Source: Lingula anatina
Lineage: Eukaryota > Animalia > Brachiopoda
Assembly: GCA_051362555.1 (NCBI GenBank)
Contig: CM120647.1
Location: 10,106,001 to 10,170,000 of the forward strand
Reading direction: 5' to 3'
DNA: 64,000 nucleotides
Both the position numbers and the translations under genes were made by a program. The notes under the pieces are model-generated. The model was not told the DNA's origin. It did no database searches and worked only from the letters and a program-made list of their open reading frames with translations. Position 1 is the stretch's first letter. Every line of letters starts with the position of its first letter. Below are positions 51,553-62,501 of the stretch, piece after piece.

Positions 51553-52467
51553 AGAGTTTGTGTTGCTTATTAATTGAAAGGATACAATTTGTGTAGCATA
51601 TGTTGTTAAATTGACAGAATTCAATTTGTGTAGCTATAACGTTGTCAATTTACGAGATAGAATTTGAGTAGCTTATGTTGTTAGAGGATATAATTAGTAG
51701 TTATTAGTGGTATTGGAATTTTTGAAAAGCTTTGTGTATGACTGAGTGAGAGTTGGAAAGATAGTGACACGTGTTAGACGGGACTTGTTGCAAGACGCGA
51801 ACTAGTCGGAATATATAGCAGTGATATTTCATTTTCATTGTTGTTTGATACTCGCGGCAATTCAGTAAATATTTTCAGTTTAGTATTCATTTTAGTAGTT
51901 TAGAGATATTTTGTATTAATTTTCCGTTGTGATACTACAACTGCAGAGACATTGCGGACCACGTGTACCGAGTAGTAGTCGGAAAGACCACATGTACTGA
52001 GTAGTAGTCGGACAGACCACGTGTAATTACAGGCCCGTGCGTGTAGAGCCTTATGTTGTAATTAGAATACAGAACATTATTTAGTGAGTTTATTTACAAA
52101 GAAAAGCATTTATTTAAAATAAAGGTTTCAAATTTGTGTTTTTCACTGACTTGCTGAATGAAGGAGTGAGTGTGAATTGTTTATTGTATATTTTTATCAA
52201 TATTGCAATAGCATATATTGATAGAGTACTATTCTACCTTGTTCGTCTGTGTTGAAAGTGTTTCATCATAGGTGTACATGTGAGTAGGTTGAATAGTGTG
52301 AGAGATTTATGTGTATTTACTGTGAAGTTTAGTAGTGGCTTTTTGCTGAAACTTTCTTCAAACAGTAAAGTGTGGTAGTGGTGAAAGTATTTTATTGTGT
52401 AGTTTTTGTGGCACAGCTGCATTGCTATCATCAATAAAATTGTGTAATAGGTTGTGGGAAACTGGAA

Positions 52468-54543
52468 GTGAAAATGGCGTCGGGTAATGTAGAAAGTGGT
52501 GTTGTGTTGAATGTGCAGACAGCGTCTGAGACAGAATTGAAAAATTTGAAAGGAATTGGTCCGGTGAAAGCTCATAGATTGGTGTCTTTGAGAAATCAAA
52601 AAGGAAAATTGCTGTTGAGTGATTTGGAAGAAATTACTGGTATTAGTGTAGCAGAATGGCAGAAATGGGAAAAGAAGGGTAATGTGATTCTGGGTGTAAT
52701 GGAAGAAAAAGATGAAGGTTCAAAAGTTGGAGATGAGACAAAGGAAGAGAGTGTGAATTGGGAAGAAAAGTATAGAAAGTTGATGGAGCGAGTGAAGGTA
52801 CAAAATGAAATGATATCAAATCTTCGAGATGAGGTTGAAGAAGCGGGAGAAAAGATGGAATTTTTATCAAGTGAATTGGAAATAAATGATGCTAAAGTGA
52901 AAAAGTTGGAAGTTGAAAATTCAGAAATGGCAATTGATTACAAAAAGTTGAAACAAGAGAGGAATGCTTTGGAAAATGAAAAGAATGCATTGGAAGATGA
53001 GAAATCCGTGTTGGAAAATGAAAAGAGTGCATTAGAAAAAGAGAAATATGCTTTGAAAAGTGAAAAGTATGTTTTAGAGAGTGAGAAGTGTGATTTGAAA
53101 AATGAAAATGATATGTTGAAAGAAAGAAATGTGAAAATTCAGAGTGAGTTAGGAAAAACTAAACAAGTATTGATGAAAAAAGAAATGGAAATGGAAGAAG
53201 AGTGTAGAGAGTATTCCACAAAAGAAGTAATGTTACATGCTCAGGTTGAAACACAGAATGAATTGTTGAGAAAACGTGTAGAAAGTTTGCAGAAGTGTGA
53301 AATTGAAAAAATGGATTTGAAATTGCAATTGGATGAGATGACAGCCCGTCATGATCATTTGCAAATTCAGTATGAAAGAATGCATTTACAGCATGATTTA
53401 GAAAAAATTCCAAGGCCAACTCCTAGAAATATTAAAACTAGTAGACCCACACCTGCACCTAGAAGTAGTAAAAAGAAAAGTTTGGAAACCCCTGTGAAAA
53501 AACCAATACTGAAACTAGAAGAGAGTGAAAGTGATAGTGAAAGCGAAAGTGAATCTGAATTTGAACAGAAAAAAGTTCCTTTAGTTGAAAGAGAAAAAGG
53601 ACCTGTTCATAAAATGCCTAGTTTTAGTGGGAATGGAAGAGAAAATTGGGAAGCTTTTGTATTTAAGTTTGAAGGAATGGCAGAAAGATACGGATGGAAT
53701 GATAAAAGAAAAACTAGCAGAATGATTGAATGTTTGGAAGACAGAGCTCTTGAGTATGCGGTAGAGTTTGGAAACTGCAAATATAAACGTTTGAAAGAAG
53801 TGATGTCAAAACGTTTTAGTATGAAAGAGTCTGCTTCATCTGCACGCAGAGCACTTCAATCAATGAGACAGGGTGAAAGTGAATCTTTGCAAGATTTTTC
53901 TCATCGTGTGTTCATGGCATCTAGAGAGGGATATGCAGAAGGTGGTGAGGGAATAGCTGTGGATTCATTTTTGAGAGGGTGTCGTGACAAAGAATCTGCA
54001 AAGTTGGCTATGGATAAAGAGCCTAAAGATCTATTTGAAGCGTTAGAGTTTGTGAAAGTTGCAAACAATAACTTCAAAGCTGTGTATGGTACAGGTGGAA
54101 GAAATGTGCATATTAGACAAGTTGGAATGTCTGATCAGAGTGTGGAGAATGGAAGTGGAAATCAATTACTCTACAACATGCAAAAAACCATGTCTGCAAT
54201 GTGTGATCAGATGAAAAGAATGAATGACGCATGGGTGTCACCGTCGAATTCTCAGAGAAATTCTGGTAGAATGGTAAAGTCGCCCCAGAATGGAAATGTA
54301 AATCAAAGTAGAAGGGGTCCACCACAATGTTTTAAATGTGGAGAAAGAGGTCATGTTCAAAGGGATTGTAAGAATGAAATTGTAGAACATCCACCTAATC
54401 CCAATGTTAGTAAAAATGCCAGTCCAAGTTCTATTTTGATTTGTAATAAATGTGGACAGAGAGGTCACATTCAAACAAATTGCCCTCAAAATAGAGAAAT
54501 GCCAAAGAATCCTCCTCCCGGTGCAAGAAATTCGGTAAACTAG
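52468..54543 (+). CDS. Gag with N-terminal helix-hairpin-helix (ComEA/HHH_3-like) domain, long coiled coil, capsid region and two CCHC zinc knuckles
   Basis: LNVQTASETELKNLKGIGPVKA...DLEEITGIS; heptad repeats (ALENEKN..); FSG..NWEAF..FE..A.RYGW; RQGESESLQDF; CFKCGERGHVQRDC and CNKCGQRGHIQTNC. Likely start is the ATG at 52474. Confidence 0.92.
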   Translation: MKMASGNVESGVVLNVQTASETELKNLKGIGPVKAHRLVSLRNQKGKLLLSDLEEITGISVAEWQKWEKKGNVILGVMEEKDEGSKVGDETKEESVNWEEKYRKLMERVKVQNEMISNLRDEVEEAGEKMEFLSSELEINDAKVKKLEVENSEMAIDYKKLKQERNALENEKNALEDEKSVLENEKSALEKEKYALKSEKYVLESEKCDLKNENDMLKERNVKIQSELGKTKQVLMKKEMEMEEECREYSTKEVMLHAQVETQNELLRKRVESLQKCEIEKMDLKLQLDEMTARHDHLQIQYERMHLQHDLEKIPRPTPRNIKTSRPTPAPRSSKKKSLETPVKKPILKLEESESDSESESESEFEQKKVPLVEREKGPVHKMPSFSGNGRENWEAFVFKFEGMAERYGWNDKRKTSRMIECLEDRALEYAVEFGNCKYKRLKEVMSKRFSMKESASSARRALQSMRQGESESLQDFSHRVFMASREGYAEGGEGIAVDSFLRGCRDKESAKLAMDKEPKDLFEALEFVKVANNNFKAVYGTGGRNVHIRQVGMSDQSVENGSGNQLLYNMQKTMSAMCDQMKRMNDAWVSPSNSQRNSGRMVKSPQNGNVNQSRRGPPQCFKCGERGHVQRDCKNEIVEHPPNPNVSKNASPSSILICNKCGQRGHIQTNCPQNREMPKNPPPGARNSVN

Positions 54544-54554
54544 AACGGGACGAA

Positions 54555-56306
54555 TTGACCGACCGGATTTCGGATCCCTTACTTCATGTTGAAGGTCGAA
54601 TTATGGATAGTGGAAATGTGAAAATGATGAATGTTGGAGAATTAGTGGGAGAAAATTTTGTGATTCCTGTTAGTGTAGGTGGTGTGAAAACATTAGCAGT
54701 TGTGGATACGGCAGCTCAATTTACTATTGTAAATAAAAGATTTTATAGTAAATTGCAGGGTGTGCCTGAGTTTTGTGAGACTCTGAAATTAATGCTTGCT
54801 GGAAAAAATGCATTTATGATGGGTCATAGAGTAGAAAATTTGAGTATTGAGATAGATGGGATAGAATATAAGGAAAATGTGTATATTGCAGATTTGCAAG
54901 AAGGAATTGATATGTTGTTGGGATTGAAGTTTTTGAAGGAGAGAAATTGTGTGGTGAATTTAGTTGATCAAACATTGATCATTGGAGAAAAATGTGTGCA
55001 AGGAAGCATAGAAGTTGAAGGTGACTCTGATTTGAGTAAAGTGAATGATGAGACAGAAGCTAAAAGTGATGAGAAATGTGTTGATGAAATGAAGAAAGAA
55101 GTTGAAATTTGTGAAAATATGGTGAGAACGAAAAAGAGAATAGTAGTTCCTCCATTGACGGTGATGAGAATTTCTGTTTGTGCAGATTATGAGTTAGAGA
55201 AAAAAAAAGAGTACGTGATAGAACCTTGTGTTGATAGACAAGTGTTGGTATCTTGTGCATTAGTTAAAGGTGATGATGTTGTTCCTATAGAGATAGTGAA
55301 TGATGGAGAAAGAAATGCTGTTTTGAAAGCAGGTAGTGTGTTAGGTGTTATTAAGGAAGTTGAGACAGTTGATTCTGAAGTGAGATGTGAAGTTGTAGAT
55401 GGGAAAGCAAGGGTGTCTGCTGTGAATAAAGCTGAAATGAAGTTGAATATAGATGAAAATATGGATAAAGAAGAAGTGATGAGAAGTTTGAAAAGAGATT
55501 TGCCTGAACATTTGCAAGATTTATTTGAAAGATCAAGTGAGGAGCTTGATTCAAATGAAATGGTTGCATTGTGTGAAACTTTGAGAGATTATGAAGATGC
55601 ATTTGCAAAGCATGATCTTGATTTAGGGTGCATGAAAGGTGTTAAGCATACTATTAACACTGGTAATGCAGCTCCTGTGAAACAGAAATTGCGTAGAACT
55701 CCATTGGGAATGGAGGGAGAGGAGAGAAAGATGCTTGAAAAGTTGTTAGCTTCTGATGTTATTCAGCCATCAAATTCTGAATGGGCATCCCCACCAGTTT
55801 TGATAAGAAAGAAAGATGGAAGTGTTAGATGGTGTGTGGATTATAGGGAATTAAATAAGAAAACTATCAAAGATTCTTATCCTATTCCAAACATTGGTGA
55901 TTGTTTAGATTGTCTGGCTGGAAATCAATTTTTGAGTTTGATTGATATGGCTCAAGGATATTTTCAAATTGAGATTGATGAGAAAGATAGAAACAAAACT
56001 GCTTTTATCACCAGGTATGGTCTGTATGAGCATAAGAGAATGGCTATGGGACTTGCCAATTCTCCTGCAAGTTTTTCAAGAGCAATGCAGTTAGTATTGA
56101 GAGGTTTGACTTGGGAGAAAGTGTTAGTGTATCTGGATGATATCACAGTGTTGGGAAAAATTTTTGAAGATCATCTTAAGAATTTGAAAGAGGTTTTGGA
56201 GAGATTGCGTTCTTACAACTTGAAGTTAAGGCCTAAGAAGTGTTTTCTTTTCCAAACAAAATGTGAATTCCTAAGAAAGTCTTTCAGTAGAGAAGGTGTT
56301 GGTTAG
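54555..56306 (+). pseudogene. Pol, truncated: aspartic protease plus RT, in the -1 frame relative to gag
   Basis: VDTAA, LLGLKFL, WASPPVL..KKDGSVRWCVDYR, IDMAQGYFQ, YLDDI. The ORF ends at the RT thumb. A short pre-integrase remnant (WLENEP..LWNYKEQL..IVPEDLVNEVL) follows at about 56300-56470. Confidence 0.9.
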
Positions 56307-56657
56307 AAAATGAACCGAAAGAGTCAGTTGTATTGTGCAGTATGGCTATGAAAGAATTGTGGAATTACAAAGAGCAACTGATATATATATAACTGAGTTA
56401 TATGGGAAAAGAAAGAAAATAGACGTGTTTAATTGTACCAGAAGATTTGGTCAATGAAGTTTTGTTTTTCTTTATTTGAATGAGCTTTATATTGAAGTAA
56501 TATGTGTACGTAGTAAATGCGGCAATGCTGTAATACTATGTTATTAATGGAATATTATGTTAATAATATATTATGTTAATAATCATTTGAAAGAAAAGCT
56601 CATTATCATGTTAGTAACATTCAAGAAAATGAACCATTGTATAAGTTTATTTCAGAT

Positions 56658-57319
56658 ATGGATTTAGACATACTAGATGAAGCATGTTTTGTCCCGGATT
56701 ATGATGACACAGATTGGTGGAAGATCCTACTGTCCTAATTGGTGAAGAGGGGGAGGAAGTTACCCACTCAAAGTGCAGAGGGGAGAAACGGAGGAGAGAA
56801 GTCCAGTGTGGTTTGTGTCTGGTGTCCAGTGCTGACCTGAGTAGACATCTTGGACGTCATGTGAAATCTGATCATTTGCCATGGTATATGACTCCAGAAT
56901 TGGTGTGCTGGAATTGCAGATCGATGGAAAAAGACAATTCGCTTTTACGTAAATGTCATGATGTTCATTCGTGTGGAACTGGTGAATTCGAGAAAAAACT
57001 GTGGATCCAATTGGTGAATGGATTTATACATTTCCTGATATTAACATTAAATATGAGAAATATATGGGAACTGATGGACTATGTTCAAAGTGAAGGACTA
57101 GTGATGTTGCCAGATAACTGTTCCAATGAGGACATTAACTTTGTGAAAATATACATTCATGGAAATGGAATGGAGCCTAAGACTGAGATTCTGAATTCTT
57201 TGTTGACTTTGTTTCACTGGAGAACTTTGTATCATCTGTTACAGAAACTTTCATCAGAGGATCGTGAACTCTGTAGTCATTGGTATCGGCGGATGGAATT
57301 TACTTTGCTACATGGATGA
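56658..57319 (+). CDS. ORF3 of Gypsy-2: Cys/His zinc-finger-like protein of unknown function (apparent frameshift near 56714)
   Basis: ATG at 56658 follows TTTATTTCAG; acidic leader MDLDILDE..; ORF 56714-57319 contains CGLC..H..RH...HLPWY..P..CWNC..H..H.C. It lies inside the LTRs. Confidence 0.6.
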
Positions 57320-57698
57320 AAAATGAACTATATAATGATTTGACATTTCACATTGACATTGTTATCATTAATAATGTTGTTTTGAGCAACTTTGAGTTAA
57401 AATCACTTTGTTTGCTTTTAAAGTTGATTTAAAGTGATAATGGATTTAAAACTTTATTTTGCTTTCTTAAAGGATGAACATTTATGCTGAGATATGGACT
57501 TGATTGACTTTGCTTGTGTTAAAGTTTAATGTTGAATCTTGGTATAACAAGAATGAACTTAATTGCATTATTTGCTTATTTTAAAAGTAAATTACGATTT
57601 CAGTTGTTGTATTATAATAATTGTTGGTTTAACAATTTAAAGTAATAGTTTATATTGTAATAATAGGGGGGAGTTTTGTTCGTCAAAAGGGGGGAGAG

Positions 57699-58060
57699 TG
57701 TGACGTTGTAGTGTGTTAGATGAGATTATTTTATATTGCTACCGGTAGATGTCTCTGTAAGTAAAGTGTTGTCCGGTGTGCAAGTTTGAATCTCTCCCGT
57801 GATTGGTAACCTAAAGGTAAAACTGTTCATTGTATAGTTGGTTCTGATTGGTAAACGTGTACTATCTGAACTTGTATATAAGGTGTAACGTGAAATAAAT
57901 CGGTCTCGTCTCTTGGGGCTTATCTCTTTGGCTCTTTGCAACTGACTTTGTAGCTCTCTTGGTTCTTTTGGTCTTTCTTATCTGTGCTTATACTCTGAGA
58001 CACCAGTAAGTACATTGTTATTTGTACCTTCATAAGGCACTCGGCCGCGAAGGCGTAACA
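57699..58060 (+). repeat. Gypsy-2 3' LTR
   Basis: Copy of 51171-51532, preceded by the PPT. Confidence 0.95.
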
Positions 58061-59089
58061 GGAATAACAAAGAATTATTTGATAGAATGACAAGAGGGGC
58101 TGTCCTACAGCAAGGAGATAGTGTATTGATCAAAAACTTGGGTTAAAAGGAAAAGTGTAAGTTGGTCAATGGATGGAAAGTGGTTCACAGAAATCATTAC
58201 TTCCTTTGCCTTTCGGGGGGTTAAGGAAAAGTAGTGAGACAAAAGTGCAAGTTGAAGATACCTCCATTCCAAGGAGGTCTAAAAGGGAGCAAAGGATTCC
58301 AGAAAAATATCAAGGCTAACTTAAAGCTTTGATTTCTTTGGTATCATATTTCAATAAAAACTATATCCTTGTTGTAGTGTTATTTTTATTTCTGGAATGA
58401 ATGAAATGTATGGAGACATTTCTTTAAGAAGGTGGGTGAATGTAGCTGTATGAATGTCTCGTCTTCACTGATGTTCGTCTTTTATTTTGTCACGTGTGTG
58501 TCATACTACTCTCTCATTCCCATTGGCCATCTTTTGCACTTTCCATCGTATATAAATATTGTCGCTGCCTTTTTTGTCATTCATATTTGTTCTTTGCTCT
58601 GTTTATCTTTGCAAGTACATAGTCAATAGTTTGGCCAATTCTTTTATTAATATTATCATTATTATTATAGTTATCATATAGTAAGACATAACTATGAATA
58701 AGATTATTATGATTCTCGCTCTTTTTTTCCTTCTGTTTTCATTTTAGGAATTTTTTTACTTCTTTTCTGAAGTTCTTCACGACATTTCAACTCAAATTTT
58801 TTGGACAGTTCTCACTTTCTTTTCCAAGTTGTTTTACTTTCATCTATCAACTATGTTTCTGCAATGTCATGTTTTTCTATTAGCGTTTGGCGTTTGATTC
58901 TCGTAGTTTTAAGGGCAATAGTGAGATTAATAGATTTTTGTTTTCTTGAATATTCGAATACCTTCATGTAGCGATCATGCACAAAGCTCAGATTTCTACA
59001 TTTTAGTAGGTCCGTATGGTATTTTGACCATTAAATGCCTTTTGAAAGCTGGAGTTTTATGAAGTCTTATAGCACCGTAGATCGACACA

Positions 59090-59340
59090 GTCGGTTGAGA
59101 TTTACAGAGTTGGCTAAAGCAAAAAGAGGTGTAGCAGTAGCCCTCAGCTTGCTAAAGAAGCACAAAAACATCAGAGAAAAGGCATTTGATTAGTTGACAC
59201 TTGATGAACTAAAGGAAGTCGATGGGTTTCAAATGTTGCTGACTTTTCTTGACACTCACTTGGCAAAAGGTGACCTCGCTGATTCACTAGAAAAGTTTGA
59301 AGCATTTGAAGACTATAAGAGACAAGAGGGACACAGTGAG
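59090..59340 (+). pseudogene. Ty1/Copia (GalEa-like) gag relic
   Basis: TELAKAKRGVAVALSL..IREKAFD*LTLDELKEVDGFQMLLTFLD..L.KGDL.DSLEKFEAFEDYKR resembles GalEa gag as recalled; not searched. Confidence 0.6.
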
Positions 59341-59699
59341 AGTATTTTGCCATATTTGGTTGATCCACAAAGAGTTAATGTGTGGGACTCGTTTATGACA
59401 ACACAATAGTTGAAAAATGCATTAAAATTGAAATAAAATAATAAAGAAGTTCCACTTTCAGATGAATATATATCATCTGCTTAACACAAATATATTATCA
59501 CTTTTATATACAAATGCAGTTAAATATGGATTGAAGAGTGGCACTTGCCATCAGTATGAGAATGAATATATGGTCTTTATTGAGTTTTCTGGCACCTGTA
59601 AACACTGCTACCAGACTGAAGTTTTTAGTGAATTTAATAGTTTCTCAAAGTTTAATATGCTCCCCCCCCCCCCCAAAAAAAAAGGACAGCATTCATGAA

Positions 59700-59970
59700 A
59701 ATGGTGCAATCAAGCTGAATTTCAAGACAGTAGGCCTGTCATTTTTCTTTGAAATGTGTTATCAGTGTTGCATATATACACTGGAAAAAAGAAATGGGCC
59801 TATTTCTGCCAGTTTTGGACATATATGAGATAGAAAATTTGCAAAGTTCAGTTCATGGTGAAAAGGTCAAAGGTCAATTTCAAAGTGACAGATTGCCAGT
59901 ATACGACTTCCTGTTCAAGTTCAAAAGTAAGCGGTAACAGTGACTTGTATTCCACGCCACCCTGCGGAGC
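59700..59970 (-). mobile_element. HINE fragment (family A-like and family B-like modules)
   Basis: TGTTATCAGTGTTGCATAT (family A) followed by AAGGTCAAAGGTCAATTT and AAGCGGTAAC.GTGACTTGTAT.CCACGCCACCCTGCGGAGC, which matches 39773. Confidence 0.6.
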
Positions 59971-60804
59971 AAAAAGTGGGCAATCAAGACTACAGATATA
60001 AAGTCCGCATTTCTCTAGGGATAAACGTGGGAGCATCAATTTTATGTGAAACTGACAGCAGAGATCAATACACTTGAGGGACTGATATGGAAGTTACGAC
60101 ATGGATTGTTTGGGCTCAAAGATATTGCAAGACAATTTTTTTACAAGTTTGAGGAATGAATTGGAGAGCCTGCAATGTTCACTATGATGAAATATGAAAA
60201 TGTTTTCATGTTCCACATCTGGAACATTGTCCTGGTAGTGCAGCATTACGACTCTGTAGGGACTACAGTAGTCTTTCGGGTCTTTCATTTCCTGTTTGTA
60301 ACAGTAATCACAAAGCAAATATGCTGCACTTCAATCATTTCCTAAGAGGGCATAAGTTGCTTTTCCTTCACAATCTTTATTTGGATTTTGACACAAAAAA
60401 TGTTTAGTTGAGAACATCAAAAGTCTTTGTTGGAATTTCTATATTTGCATTCTTCTGTTCTTGTTGCAATTGTTCTACGGTATCCAGCAGTGAGATGCCA
60501 TAAGCTTTTGGCATCTTTTATCACAGTTGGAACAGTGCGGGACAACAACTAATATCACTGTCATGGTATTTATGCTTCCACTGCTTCATCACAGACATTT
60601 GCCAGAGCTCTCCCCACCATCCTAGCTCCTCCATCCCTGACAAGGTCCCCACATTCACCATCGATCCCTGCAGCTGTACTACCCCCTACCTGTGCGTCGT
60701 ATGTGCTGACAGGGTGGAGTCGTATTTTGCGGAGGTTTGCCTCACTGCCTGTGTGTTTAGGTAAGTCACAGGTGGAACATGTTAATAATAATTGGTGCAG
60801 AAGG

Positions 60805-61050
60805 AGGAACAAAAGACATTTAAATTTGGTGGTGGCACCAAATTGAAATCTGAAGCAGAGTTTGACTTGCCTGTAAGTAGTGGGCAAGAATGTAACATTT
60901 ACAACTAATGTTGTGGACTATGCCATTCCACTGTTACTGTCCAACTATACAATGAAAAAGGCTGGTGTAAAGATGGACATAGAAAATGACACCACTGTTA
61001 TTCTTGGTGAGGAAGTAGCATATTAAACCTCACATCCTCTGGTCAAAATG
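60805..61050 (+). pseudogene. Ty1/Copia (GalEa-like) protease-region relic
   Basis: KTFKFGGGTKLKS..LP / TNVVDYAIPLLLS..MKKAGVKMDIENDT.VILG..LNLTSSG, with frameshifts. Confidence 0.65.
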
Positions 61051-61399
61051 TATCCTAGTTTTTCAGACCGCTGTAGAGGAAGTAAAAGCTGTAAATGAGC
61101 CGAGATCTAACAAGAAAGCAAAAAGTTGGTTGAGAATTTTGTCACAATCCATGCAAACTGAATGTGCCGGCTTGTCTCACACAGGTTGCATTTATAGTGT
61201 GAATCTTCCTCAAGGTCAGAATCATTATTATCACTGGACTTTTGAGCTCTTGTGTCATTTCCTGGGACGACTGTACGACTTTCAAAATGTGAAGAATCTT
61301 GTATTTTTGTAACAAGGTCTTCTCTCACGATGCTGTTATCACTATTTTGTTCAATTATGTCACTTTGCATTGTTTTGTCTGAATCTTTTGTTGCCCCAT

Positions 61400-61589
61400 C
61401 CATTGGCAAGCCAATAACATTAAAAGGGTTGTGTTTTACACAGAGAAAGAAAGTAACAAAGAAAGACAAGTTGGCAACTTGTGTTAGCGAATCATTGGCG
61501 AAATGAAGCTATAAAGATGTGTCATGATGATGTGGCACATCTTGGTAGAGAGAGAACAATAGAGTTGATTCCAGATAGATTTTTTAAAA
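61400..61589 (+). pseudogene. Gypsy integrase zinc-binding domain relic, cut by HINE-A5
   Basis: QLVLANHWRNEAIKMCHDDVAHLGRERTIELIPDRFF matches the H..H half of integrase H2C2. Confidence 0.75.
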
Positions 61590-62441
61590 AACAAGGCAGC
61601 AAAGCTGTCAAATGTACAGACAAAAAACAGAAAATAAAGATGCAAAAAAGGTCATTTTGTCAATTTTGATGCAATAATAAATAATGCTTATAATAGCACT
61701 GTCAGTCAACACTGAATTTTAATCATGCACAACAGGTAACATGGTCAATAACAGGAGCGGACCCAGAGATATTTTCTGACAGTATTACAAAGTATCTATG
61801 TTGATCCATCCTCCATTTTGATGGTGTTCCAACAGAAAAAAATAGATACCAGTCAATATAAACTAATAACCTGACTGTCTTCCGGAAGACCCAGAAGATG
61901 GTCTCAATCCACCCCTTCAATAAGATTACAGTTTCAGGGCCATGAGAGTTCAAATTCACATTATGAAAGTCTCAATATTTGAAAAATGATGACAGTGGAT
62001 AAAATAATATTACATAATGTTTAAAGACATAAAAAACAATATAACTGCTTATGTAGAAATACAGAAAATGTGCAGAGCCCCAGGCAGATGACAGCCTGCC
62101 TGGGGCTAAAAGTCACAAATGCAAGTGTTTGAGAAAAAATTATAAAGGAAAACAACAAAACTAGAAAAGCACTTTGAGAGTGCAGACCTCTGCCAAGGCA
62201 GCAATTGTTGATTACTAGTGATAATTGATTGATTATTGATCTGGACCACCACCAAAAATTAATCATTGTCCTCTTTGGCCCACTTCCGACAGTTCCTGAA
62301 AATTTCTGCAAAATCAGTCCATAACTTTTTGTGTTATGTGGATGACAGACAAACAGGGGTGAAAATATAACCTCCTTGGCAGAGCTTGAGGTAAATATAA
62401 TTCCAATGAAGCTGCTATTCAAACTTTTAATCTTCCAGTTT

Positions 62442-62501
<60 letters not shown>

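Larger units (their letters stand above)
51171..58060 (+). mobile_element. Ty3/Gypsy LTR retrotransposon Gypsy-2, internally deleted (no RNase H or integrase core), with an extra ORF3
   Basis: 362-bp LTRs at 51171-51532 and 57699-58060, with one mismatch seen. TSD GGAA at 51167-51170 and 58061-58064. PBS at 51535; PPT AAAAGGGGGGAGAG at 57685-57698. Confidence 0.96.
48790..58318 (+). pseudogene. Old Gypsy integrase relic split by a hAT-like element and Gypsy-2; pieces at 48790-48915, 51128-51170 and 58061-58318
   Basis: FSRYA*AYPTKNQTA ... HNGFSAKIHSHQG|RNF resembles HYGFP.RIHSDQG.NFE. Then NKELFDRMTRGAVLQQGDSVLIKN and PRRSKREQRIPEKY*. PPT-like GAAGGTGGGTGAA followed by TGT at 58441. Confidence 0.65.
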
